64,000 nt of DNA from Octopus bimaculoides (taxonomy: Eukaryota): positions 5,091,723-5,155,722 of the forward strand of contig NC_069003.1 of the NCBI RefSeq assembly GCF_001194135.2, given 5' to 3'. The notes beneath the pieces were generated by a model. The model had not been told where the DNA came from. It did no database searches and saw only the letters and a program-made list of their open reading frames with translations. Numbering within the stretch: the first letter of the stretch is position 1; the number at the start of each line of letters is the position of its first letter. Below are positions 51,550 to 63,170 of the stretch, in pieces. The translations under genes and the position numbers were made by a program.

Positions 51550-51705
51550 CTGAGAGGTAGATAGATAGATAGATAGATAGATAGGTGGACAGATGTTTAA
51601 ATAACTCAACACGTAACGCAATCACTTCCAATTATACATATACACACACATATATTTACGCTAAAACATATAAACACTGCCTAATACACACACACACATA
51701 CATAC

Positions 51706-51748
<43 letters not shown>

Positions 51749-52266
51749 CATAAAACATACATATACATATATTTACATATACATATATATACATATACAT
51801 ACATACATTCATGCATGCATACATGCATATATACATGCATCTGTACATAGCAGTGCACAGAAACATGCACAGATGTACGCATCCCAATCTCACTTGTGCA
51901 TGCACTTGTATTCGTAGACATATGCACATAGACATGCACATTTGCTCATGTGCATACGCGGCAAGAAACAAGGCCACGTGTACGGAAGGACAAAATGAAA
52001 GTTATCAACGTGCAGGAAAACGCCGAGTACATATACATACACATATCCACGCACATCTATATGTGTACGACATGTTTACACATATCGATGCACAGTTCAC
52101 ACATCTACAGATATGCGCACAAGCATACATGTCTGTACATACACACACATGGAAATAAACGCAAAAGAATACGCAGATTTAAATATAGACACAATTATAC
52201 ACACACACTTATCTCCACGCAGATATTCATACAAGCATGCACACACACACAACTACTCTCATTCTG

Positions 52267-52314
<48 letters not shown>

Positions 52315-52609
52315 ATGTATGTGTGTATACATCCTTATATGGATATATATATACACATAAATACGAGGGTTGTAAGAAAAGTCGTGAGCTGCAAGAAAAC
52401 AAAACATGGTATAAGACTTCAAGGCTCAAAACTTTTCATACACNNNNNNNNNNNNNNNNNNNNNNNNNNNNNNNNNNNNNNNNNNNNNNNNNNNNNNNNN
52501 NNNNNNNNNNNNNNNNNNNNNNNNNNNNNNNNNNNNNNNNNNNNNNNNNNNNNTATATATGTATTATGTATGTATGTATGTATTTAAGTGTATATAGAGA
52601 GAATTCATA

Positions 52610-52770
52610 AAAAAACAAAAGACGAAGACAAGTGGTGTAGACAACAAACAGATGTATTACTTTAACGCTCGGGAAGTGAAAAAGTCTTTAACGTTTCGAG
52701 CCTACGCTCTTCCACAGAACAGAAAGAAACAAGGAGAGAAAATAAAGAATGTGTAGTGGCTAGCGATCTA
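52610..52770 (-). mobile_element. Penelope-like-derived short repeat with a minimal hammerhead variant
   Basis: - strand CTGTGGA-A-GAGC-gtag-GCTC-GAAA-CGTT-aaag. Confidence 0.55.
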
Positions 52771-53383
52771 TCATGGCGAATGTACATACATACATACATA
52801 CATACATACATACATACATACATACATACACAGGGTGCAGTGAATAAATCGTCGTCTAAATTATGAAAAAATGAAAATAATCCTGACACCTCATTTTAAC
52901 AGATATACTTATCAAAATTATCCCTCACATATCGTCTCACATATTTGTCCCCAGTAATTCTCAATCTATATATCTACTGTTGCCTCTCTCTATTCCCCTT
53001 CTCTTTCTCTTTCTTTCTTTCTTTCTCTCACTCCCCCTCTCTCTCTTTCTCTGTCTCTCTCTTGCTCACTTTCTCCCCCCTCTCTCTATCTCTTTCCACT
53101 TTTGGTGCTTTGTCCTTTTCCAATCTCTCTCTCATTATGTTTTCTTCCTTCTCTCTATCTCTTTCTTCCACTTCCCACAAACTATCTCTCTTTCACCCTC
53201 TCTCCCCTCTCTCTTTCTCTGCGAATATACATACATGTATACATGCATATATATACAAATATATGTATATATACACGCACACACACACATACACATACAC
53301 ATATATCGCTTTTGATACAATTATCTCTCAATATCTCACTTTATTTCAATATCTGTCCTTATTGACAGTACATATACTCCCAA

Positions 53384-53417
<34 letters not shown>

Positions 53418-53485
53418 GACACACACCACACATTCACCATACAGCGCACTATGCATACATACATACACATACGTAAAATTCTCAG

Positions 53486-53605
53486 TTGGCAGCATTACTC
53501 CCAGGCCCCGCCCTCCCCCTTCAAATTCTGGTCAATATACATTGTTGCAGGCCCAGCTCCCCGCCTCTGCTCCCTACTTCAACACAGCATTGAACCTTCA
53601 GTCAA
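53486..53605 (+). CDS. Candidate isolated 120-nt exon of unknown product
   Basis: ttctcAG at 53484-53485 and GTAGGT at 53606; symmetric phase-1 frame GSITPRPRPPPSNSGQYTLLQAQLPASAPYFNTALNLQS; no family recognised. Confidence 0.25.
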
Positions 53606-53770
53606 GTAGGTGAAAGCTTTAAAGCCAGTCAATGGTCAACTGAAGCCAAACAATCCCTGGCTGACCTGTCGTTCACGTTTTCAAGGTTAACAACAATTCT
53701 GTCGAAATATTTTCACTTAGTGTGCAATTTCGACGCTACGTATTCGGTCCGTGTATGCATATGTGTGAGT

Positions 53771-53815
<45 letters not shown>

Positions 53816-53917
53816 GGCGTGTGTATGAGTATGTCTATGTATGTACATATTTTAATGTAGTATATATCATATATCCATACCTATACACACATTCACTATA
53901 AACATGCACACACACGC

Positions 53918-53950
<33 letters not shown>

Positions 53951-53960
53951 NNNNNNNNNN

Positions 53961-54003
<43 letters not shown>

Positions 54004-54120
54004 TATGACTGAAGTAAATAAACACCCTTATAATCGTTAAGATTTATTTAAATCTAAAATTATGCATCTAAGTTATTTATTAATTATTATAATGTGAATA
54101 TCTAATATTTAGTAGAGAAA

Positions 54121-54345
54121 CCCTTTACATCTTTCAATGCAAGGACCCTATTCAATACGCCACTGGTTAGACGACGAATATTCTCTTGAGGAAGTTCTTG
54201 CCAAGTTTCACGCAATAATCTCAAAAGTTCTGGCTTTGAGGATGCTTTCTTGGTCTTCTTATGAATTATCTTGTCCGTTAGGCGTCAGAGGTGTTCAATA
54301 GGGTTCATATCTGGTGACTGGCCTGGCCATGGAAGCTTTTAAGTG
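54121..54345 (-). pseudogene. Tc1-like (DD34E) transposase C-terminal remnant
   Basis: - strand LPWPGQSPDMNPIEHL*...ELLRLLRETWQELPQENIRRL (WP.QSPDLNPIE motif). Confidence 0.9.
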
Positions 54346-54410
54346 CCATTTGAAAGAGCTTTGGTAGCTATTTCTAACATGTAACGACTCCTTTTTAGAC
54401 AACCGGTTTC

Positions 54411-54617
54411 AAATTTTGGCACAACGCCAGCAAGTTCGGGGTGGGGGGGGGACAAGTCAATTACATTGACCCAAGTCCTCAACTGGTACTTATTTTATCG
54501 ACCCCGAAAGGATGAAAGGCAAAGTCGACCTCGGCGAAATTTGAACTTAGGACATAAAGACGGACGAAATACCGCTAAGCATTTTATCTGGCATGATAAC
54601 GATTCTGCAAGATCCGG
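54411..54617 (-). mobile_element. SINE family A
   Basis: atcgaccccgaaaggatgaaaggcaaagtcgacctcggcgaaatttgaac core. Confidence 0.9.
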
Positions 54618-55350
54618 CATCAACCATATTGCATAGATTAGGTGAATGTATCTTTTGAAAACATTAGTGTGTGGTTTGAGGGAAATTTAGCTACTATTTC
54701 TAACATGCAACCCTTATAAGCCTTTAATACCCTACGTCTTTGTGAAACATTTTATGCTTGTATAGCGTGTGTTCAAGTAGGGGTTAAGTTTTTTTAAGGG
54801 CTCACAGTCATGCTCCTAAAAGGGCCTTACAGCCATAAAAGTCAAGAAGCTGAGGTCAAAGGTGAAATCGAATGTAACTTGGTTTGGAGTATATTTTTAA
54901 GTATTTATAAGTATTTTCATTTAATATTCTTGAGAATGGTCTGAATTGCTGTTAAAAGGGTTCTTGAAGCGTGGATTTCATTATTGCAATCCGCCCTTTT
55001 CTAGCGCTAGCATTCTGGGTTGGAGGAGGTTTTTTTTTAGCCCTCCCTCCCCTCCCTGGGCTATAGTTGTTTCATTATGTCCAATCCTCATATACATTGT
55101 GCTTATATCTAAGAAAAACAAAAAGACGTTAAGATTGAACCAGGACCTTCTGTATCCGCATGTTGTATGTTAATGAAAAGTTTATTGTCCTATAAAGGTA
55201 GACAGGTGTAAAAGCAGCTTCAACTGGGCGTGGAGTAGGCATTGAATGTGGCGAAGCACTGATGTAGAAAGATGTTGGAGTAGCATTTTCTTCTTGTATT
55301 TTTTTTTTTTGTGTGTGTGTTTGTAGGTGTGTGGGTGTTTTTTTTAACAG

Positions 55351-55400
55351 TTTTCAACAAGCTTTAACAACAACACGAATTAACATCAGCCTCCGAGAAG
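55351..55400 (+). other. Candidate 50-nt exon (coding or non-coding)
   Basis: Acceptor ttttttttaacAG and donor AG|GTAAGG; only one open frame (FQQALTTTRINISLRE). Confidence 0.3.
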
Positions 55401-55490
55401 GTAAGGACTTGTTTTACATATTCAATTTCTGCTGTTAAATTGTTAAATGACAAGAAGAAAAACATTCTAGACATTAATAATAATAACAAC

Positions 55491-55545
<55 letters not shown>

Positions 55546-56227
55546 GTGACAGTCATATAAAAAAAAAGACACAGGAGACAAGATGGCGTAACATTTAAAA
55601 GCATGAAGCTACGGGAGAAAAATAAAAATATATAAATAAATTTATGAAACGGGTGTTAGCGTAACAAAACAAAATAACAAATATAAATAATAAAACGCGA
55701 TCGGACAATCGTTAAAAGTGTGCATATAATTTGTGAATTTGTGAGATGTTGGTGATGTCTGTCTTGTAGTCTTGGCTTGACTTGGCTTCATTTTGGCTTG
55801 TCGGCTGCCTGGGTGCGCGGCTGGATGATTTCGCTTAAAGAGAAAGAGAGAGAGAGAAAGAGAGAGAAAGCCTTGAAAATTTCTGACCAAAGATTTGTGA
55901 GCTATGTGGATGTATTCGTTGATTAGGTAGGTGACTTTTGCTATTTATTATTCATAGCATTATTTTACAGTGGTGATACCTCAGAAGATGATGGTTTGCA
56001 GCTGCTGGAAAGACGAGAGAGAGACACCTCCTTCGTGACATTAAACTCAAGTGTTTCCAATTATGACGCTATTCAAACGCCAACGACAGCACATATACAA
56101 ACCCTCAAATTATTCTGCCTACATACATACATATGCATGCATGCATGTATGTATGTATGTATGTATGTATGTATGTATATATGTATGTATGTATGTATGC
56201 ATACATGTATGTATATATGTATGTATG

Positions 56228-56259
<32 letters not shown>

Positions 56260-56678
56260 TCTATGTATGTATCTGTGTATGCGCGTATGTGTATATACTT
56301 GTATAAATATATATATATATATATATATANNNNNNNNNNNNNNNNNNNNNNNNNNNNNNNNNNNNNNNNNNNNNNNNNNNNNNNNNNNNNNNNNNNNNNN
56401 NNNNNNNNNNNNNNNNNNNNNNNNNNNNNNNNNNNNNNNNNNNNNNNNNNNNNNNNNNNNNNNNNNNNNNNNNNNNNNNNNNNNNNNNNNNNNNNNNNNN
56501 NNNNNNTATATGTATACATATATATATACATATATATGCATACACATAAATACATATAAAAGTGTGTACGTATGTATATGTACACGCACACAAACATATA
56601 TATAAATGTATATATATACATGCATATATATATATGTATATATATGTATATGCATATGTATATATATGTATATGCATA

Positions 56679-56736
<58 letters not shown>

Positions 56737-57121
56737 GTATATGTATATATCTTGGAGGAGGAAAAAACTGTTGTCTTTTTTGTCTCTTGCTGTTTTATGT
56801 TGTTTTTTGTTGTTGGATTTTTGGTTTTGAGTTGTTGTTTTTTGTTTTTCTTTCTTTTCTTTGCGTCCATTTCTTCTTCTGAAAGTTCTTCCCGCCTACC
56901 GCCGCCCCTACCCGACTCCACCTACCCACCACACCCTTCCTCTACCTTCAGAATCTCGGTTCTATGAAGCGTCTAAAACGTACATAACCCTAAACTATCA
57001 AAAACTCTAAAAGCCATGCGCCAACTCAATAATTAACGTGTTGTTTGGAACCATTTAATACAACCCTCTCCACCCACGACCAATACCCACCAAAAAATGG
57101 TCTTTTCTCTTCTCTCTTTCT

Positions 57122-57206
<85 letters not shown>

Positions 57207-57400
57207 TTCTGTGTCAAGCAGTATAAAATCTATTGGAGCGTGGAATTATTCCTCTGCTGCAGCAAGAAAAACGAAGAACACAAAGAATTTATATGCGAAA
57301 GGAAAAAATAAAAAAAAACAACAAAATAGTAATAAATAAAGACAAACAACAAAAGCGAAAAAGATGTATATTCTCTGAATTTATTTACTTTATTGCTGTG

Positions 57401-57432
<32 letters not shown>

Positions 57433-57700
57433 CTCGCAGGAATTGTGCAAAAGTCCGTTGGATGTTAAATGCATATGCATGATATATATACATATATATA
57501 CATGCGCAAATAATATAAATATATGTATAAATATAGAGAGAGAAAGCGAAAGAAATATATAGACAGATAGATAGATACATACATACATACATACATACAT
57601 ATACAAATATATATAAATGTGTGTATATATAAATACATACATACAAGCATCGTATATATGTATATGTGTGTACCTACATACACTTATATACATATGTATG

Positions 57701-57734
<34 letters not shown>

Positions 57735-57744
57735 NNNNNNNNNN

Positions 57745-57783
<39 letters not shown>

Positions 57784-58189
57784 TCTATATGCATATATAT
57801 CCGCATCTATATATATACGCACTTATATATATAAAAATCTGTGTGTATGCATACATAAATACATGCACGCATACATACATACATACATACATACATACAT
57901 ACATACATACATGCTCGCATTCATACACAAATACATACTTACATGCTTATATATCGATGGGTGGAATTCAGAAATGGTAGAGCAGCAGAGAAATATATCA
58001 TCTTGTTGATATTGTTGTTGTTATTTAACTGTAGTCCTGCCCTGATTCCACAGAACTACGATCAAAAGCATTTCGGCTATGACCAACCCATCAATTTTTT
58101 TCAGGCTAATATACCCTCTTTAACATGCTCTTTTCTAACATGAAGTACGTAATTTGAGGTAGTTCTCACTTTTATTTTGTTGCAGTTAA

Positions 58190-58250
58190 AGAACAACTAC
58201 ATGTATATATATGTTTCGGTGTAACTGGTCTCGTCAGTGTAGTACAGTTC
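58190..58250 (-). ncRNA. Decayed type I hammerhead motif
   Basis: - strand gaac-tgt-actaca-CTGACGAG-accagttacac-CGAAAC-atatatataca-tgtagt-t-gttc; stem I pairs, stem II and the triplet are decayed. Confidence 0.5.
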
Positions 58251-58534
58251 ATCCGAACTTATAGATCGATTCACTAAATACATTTATACATAATAAATAT
58301 GCAACTGAATATCAGTTTATCCTTTCCCTAAGCATGCAAATTAACTCAGAAATTTAATGTCAATTGTTTGAAGTTGTCTCCCCTTATAAACGTTCCTAAA
58401 GGTTCATTGTCACTGGCTTTTTGAATTGTTTACCCTTATTTCTCTTAATTTTCGATTATATAAATTAATCTTACCCCCAAAATATACTTAACATTTTCTA
58501 TGTATAAACTTCATTTTCTGCAGATTTGGTTTAA

Positions 58535-58582
58535 GTCCACTGTTCTGACGAGTTCAAATAGTCCGAAACTTATGTCCATAGC
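58535..58582 (+). ncRNA. Decayed Sm-alpha-like type I hammerhead motif
   Basis: CTGACGAG-tt-CAAATA-gtc-CGAAAC-ttat-GTC; core and GUC triplet intact, stem II unpaired, stem I partial. Confidence 0.55.
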
Positions 58583-58927
58583 TGTCTTTTCCATGTGGAA
58601 AAAGATCTCGCTCTCGTTTTGTCTATGCATGTAAACTTAATTGAAGAATTCCATCCTAAAAATTCTAAACCTCCACTTAATCAAGTTCAGGTACATAAAA
58701 ATGCCATAGGACAATTGAAACACTACCATAACAACCCTGTCTCTCCCAGTCAGTTCAGGCATTCCTACATTTTACCAAGCTGTTTCAACATCATCCTCTG
58801 AACGCTACTTTAACACTTTCAGTCTGCGACACAGATACAACATCCCTGTAGTACCCATCCTACCAATACCGTCTCTTCCCCTTCTCAGATTCACACACTT
58901 ATGGCAGCGGCCCTTCAGTATTTCTAA

Positions 58928-59010
58928 ATCATGTAAAAGAACTCGAAAGTTTGGGCCTCCAGCCAGGCCTTTCACGATACCCTTAAAGCCAAGAAGTTTT
59001 CAGCACCACC
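58928..59010 (+). mobile_element. Fragment shared with the Penelope-like remnant at 29957-30050
   Basis: tgtaaaagaactcg...tgggcctccagccaggcctttca.gataccctta near-identical in both places. Confidence 0.75.
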
Positions 59011-59036
59011 CCACCCCTAGTACATCTGTAACAGCT

Positions 59037-59310
59037 CACAACACTACTACAACACCATCCTACTAGCACTACGTCTCCCACTACGTCACACACTTTTGTA
59101 ACACCCTCCACACAACACTACTGCAATGTCATCCTAACAACACTATTTTATCGCTCAGTACAGATACATCTCTAACACCATAACACCCTACAACGCTACC
59201 ACAACACCATCCTACCAACACACACACATACTCTCTCCCGCTCACCCAACCCCCCACACACATCTACAACACCCCACAACACTGTTACAACATCATCCTA
59301 ACAACGCTAT
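59037..59310. repeat. Degenerate minisatellite, four units of 74-86 bp with a conserved ~33-bp core
   Basis: cacaacactactacaacaccatcctac-like core at 59037, 59111, 59189 and 59275. Confidence 0.7.
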
Positions 59311-59335
59311 CTCTTCCACTTAGTCTAGACATAGC

Positions 59336-60835
59336 TATTAGATTGGTGCAAAATAATTGTTTTTTGTTATTTTAACCTTTGAGGTTTATTTTGGAAGAAA
59401 CGTTCATGTAATATACTATTTTGAATCTCTTTAGATTTCGATCTATTGAATAATACTGATGGTTTTGCTTGCACAGTTAATTCCTGTTTATTTTAGGCTG
59501 TCAAATTAAAAAATAGAAAAAAGCAAATTCGGACGATTTTATTGTCAAGGAACGTACAGCTTCAAAAATTTGTTTTCAGAAATTTCCAGTAAAGCAGACG
59601 ATATCTTTTAAGATGAGGAAGTTTGCGAGTTACCATCTTCTAAGATTTACCACGACCAATGGAGGATCATTACTAAAGCTTACTCACGCAAAATAATTGG
59701 AAGCGTTGCAGGAGAACTAAATGTTGAACAGTTAAATGTTGTTATATATTTGCATTAGACTAGACAGTCAAAAAGGAGTGATAAACGGGTGCTGCACTAG
59801 CTGAATGGAAGTTAGAATTAAAAGATTCATCTCACGAAATCTATTCTGCACTTCATTTGGGCCCCAAAACAAAAAAAAACTATTAATTTCTTGATAGTAT
59901 TGCGACAAGTGAAGTGACGAGAAATTGATCCTATAACAACAGCTGAGAGCAGGACTGGACGACTTGGCGCAGCTGTTCAGGCGTTGGTGATTGGCGCAGC
60001 TGTTCGGGCGTTGGCGCGGCTGACTGGACATTCGCCTCGTTTTGACCACAGAAATTTTTCGGAAGCAACTGCACATATACACACGTGCGCATGCATACGC
60101 ACACGTAGAAATATACACATATAGTTACAGTGAAAAGAGAGAGAGAAAAAGAAAGAGAGAAAGAGACATACAGACAGATAGAAGGAGGGAGATTGAAAGG
60201 GAAAGAGAGTGAGAGACATTACAATTTATTAATTGAACCTGGCCATTTCTTCTTCCTGACAACACCTGAGCGAGTCTTGCAAATGGCGGCACAAACTGAA
60301 AGAACTGAGAGCTCCAAGACTTTTGGGAAAGGGGGCCAGTTGATTAGATCGACTCCAGTACACAACTGGTACTTAATTTATTGACCCCGAAAAGGTGAAA
60401 GGCAAAGCCGACCTCGGCGGAATTTGAACTCAGAACATAAAGACAGACGAAATACTGCTCAGCATTTCGCCCGGCGTGCTAACGATTCTGCCAGCTCGCC
60501 ACCTATACACCAAAACTTTACGCCACTCTGCTGACTCCCCAGACTTCTCTCTGACCAATTACCAATTTTTCGGTCCTTCCAATAACTTCCTGCAAGCAAA
60601 GGTCTTCATCAAACGAGCAGCAGTTCAAACGGTAACAACAACTAATAGTTCCTGGACCTTATGAATTCTAGGCAACCGGGATAGATTTTTTTTCCAACCA
60701 AGGAATAAGTGTAGATTTTAATGGCTATTACAATCAATTAACTACATTGGCATTAATAATCATTTATTATGTATTGATATCGATTTAAAGTTGATATTTA
60801 AAAGCCACTACAACTATTTTGGCACCAACCTGCTA
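59336..60835 (+). mobile_element. Decayed Hsmar1-like (cecropia-type) mariner with both TIRs and nested insertions
   Basis: 5' TA-ttagattggtgcaaaataattg and 3' caactattttggcaccaacctgc-TA; remnants FLDSIAT..DEKLILYNN (~59885-59960), PFLLPDN (~60245) and HSADSPDFSLTNYQFF...NFLQAK (~60520-60600). Confidence 0.85.
60321..60503 (-). mobile_element. SINE family A nested in the mariner
   Basis: Near full-length reverse-complement copy with head and core. Confidence 0.9.
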
Positions 60836-60879
60836 CAACCCCGCAAAAAACACTAATCACTAATGTAGTATCGTTGCTG

Positions 60880-61075
60880 CGCCGTTCTACAACTTAAACA
60901 GCATTTCTTCCAACGTTTATGTTCTGAGTTCCAATGTCATCGGAGTCGACTTTGCCTTTCATCCAGTCGGAGTCGAGAAATAAGTAGCGGTCGTGCACCG
61001 GGGTCGATGTAATCGACTAACCATTTCCCCTGAAATTGCTGGCCTTGTGCCAACATTTGAAACCAATACAGCAAC
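60880..61075 (+). mobile_element. SINE family A (degenerate)
   Basis: gttctgagttcc...gtcgactttgcctttcatcc...ggggtcgatgtaatcgactaa...ggccttgtgcc. Confidence 0.85.
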
Positions 61076-61418
61076 AAAGTGATTGTATGTTGTCAACTTA
61101 ATGTGGCAGTCCCATGTGTTTATTCCCGCCTTGCCCTTACCATGGTCTTTTCCGTAGGCTTTTCTTTCCACGGATAAACCTAATCTTGCTTTTACACTTT
61201 TAAAATTTTTTCTGTGATACACGATCCCTTTTGATCGTTTTTTTTTCCTCACGATCACTTTTGATCGGAATTTTATTTTCCTCCTTTCTTATCCGAAAAG
61301 AATAGCTCTACATTGTATTTTGTCCCCTCTGTTTTCGGCCCTGTGTGGCTAATAAAGAGACTTATCTATCTATCTATCTATCTACCTACCTACCTACCTA
61401 CATACATACATACATACA

Positions 61419-61450
<32 letters not shown>

Positions 61451-61654
61451 CATCCATCAATCAATCTATTTGTCTGTTTATCTATCTATCCATCCATCTA
61501 TTTTATCTGTATCCATCCATCCATCCATCCATCCATCTAGCCATCTCCAGTTATCCCTCCGTCCATCTTGAAACTCCCTATCCACCCCTACCCATCCCCA
61601 CTCCCGTCTGTAAATCCCCTCATCCATTCCTTCCGTACAAACACTTCTGCCATT

Positions 61655-61738
61655 ACTTCCGATGTGATTCCTGCAATACTTCCGGTCTGACCAAACTCCT
61701 CGTTTCACTCGGTAATAGAAACTGAGTGACCCGGATGT
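61655..61738. promoter_or_regulatory. Cluster of three ETS-type motifs
   Basis: ACTTCCGAT 61655-61663, ACTTCCGGT 61678-61686, CCGGATGT 61731-61738. Confidence 0.25.
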
Positions 61739-62325
61739 GAAGTGGCCAGAATGACTGGTTTAAGAATCTGGTCAGTTATTCGTGACACACGCACGCACAC
61801 ACACGCACAAAGACATACGCTTAAATATATACATATAAATATATACACTCGCGCGCGCACAAACAAGTGAATACACACATGTACACAAACACATATACAT
61901 TCATGGTCACACAGACACACACCCATGCATACACACAAAGATGTATATACATATATATATATATATATACATACACAAAAAGTGATACACAGACAGACAC
62001 ACACACATACATAGAAATACATACACAGGCATATGCACACATAGACATGCATACTCAAAGACATACACGGGTCTACCACACACACACACACACACACACA
62101 CATACTCGCACACGCGTATATTCACACACCTGTACACAAACACATACAATACGCATACATACATACATACTTACACGCATGCATGCATCCACATGCACAC
62201 AGAGTCATAGCACCTAACCACCACAGACACACACACATGTATATATATGTACATATATACACACATGCACTCTAGACACACATACATACATACATTCGTA
62301 CATACGTATGTACGTAGTATATACA

Positions 62326-62358
<33 letters not shown>

Positions 62359-62439
62359 TCACGCATACGTACGTACATAAAGACATACATACATACATAA
62401 ACACACATACATACATACATACATACATGAATGATAGAG

Positions 62440-62565
62440 AGATGGCACAGAATCGTTAGTACGCCGGACAAAATATTCTGCAGCATTTTATCCGGCTTTA
62501 CGTTCAGACTTCAAATGTTTCTGAGGTCGAATTTGCCTTCTATGCATCAGAGTCGATAAAATAGA
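62440..62565 (+). mobile_element. SINE family A (degenerate)
   Basis: tggcacagaatcgttagtacgccggacaaaat...gaggtcgaatttgccttc. Confidence 0.8.
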
Positions 62566-62617
62566 CATCCTTGAGTATGAGTGATGACTTGCGCCCCTTC
62601 CGTCCCTTCACCATCAC

Positions 62618-62712
<95 letters not shown>

Positions 62713-62849
62713 TATCTATCTGTCTATCTTTATTTAGTGACTTCACTTTAAACGAAGTCACTGGCCAAGTCATCACTTGTCCTCAAAGATATCTAGATGG
62801 TCTTAGTCGTTCCGACGGAGGAACATGATGATTATTTAGAAGTTCGTTT

Positions 62850-63170
62850 CACAAATATTTGGTTACAGGTTCGGCTCCACTGCACGGCATCTTCATTGTG
62901 TTCGACCATAACCTTGAGTCGTCCAAAGTCTTGAGAAGGGAGTTTAATTGAAGGAATCTACGAAACTACATTGGGATCACATCAGTTGAACTTTTATATC
63001 TAGTCTTTTATATTGTCTCTTTTACTTGTTTTAATCATTGGATAACGACCTTCCTAGGGGCAAACCTTAAAGGGTTTCTTAGTGGAACAAACTTCCCTCA
63101 GTTCTTAAGGTTTGATACGTATTCTCTCGGTCTCTTTTGCCGTTGGATGGCCTTTGAACTACATGCGTTC
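62850..63170. mobile_element. Decayed SINE family B pieces in both orientations
   Basis: ggttacaggttcggctccactgcacggc head on +; tcttttacttgttttaatcatt tail on -. Confidence 0.55.

Noticed and set aside
59037-59310. CRISPR-like repeat-spacer pattern
   Set aside because: Eukaryotic context, degenerate repeats, no cas genes; treated as a minisatellite
62730-62790. FTLNEVTGQVITCP resembling cadherin or IS1182 motifs
   Set aside because: Short, lies on a DNA hairpin directly after (CT)n, and is followed soon by a stop
62581-62830. Box C (RTGATGA) motifs suggesting a C/D snoRNA
   Set aside because: No box D (CTGA) at a suitable distance and no terminal stem
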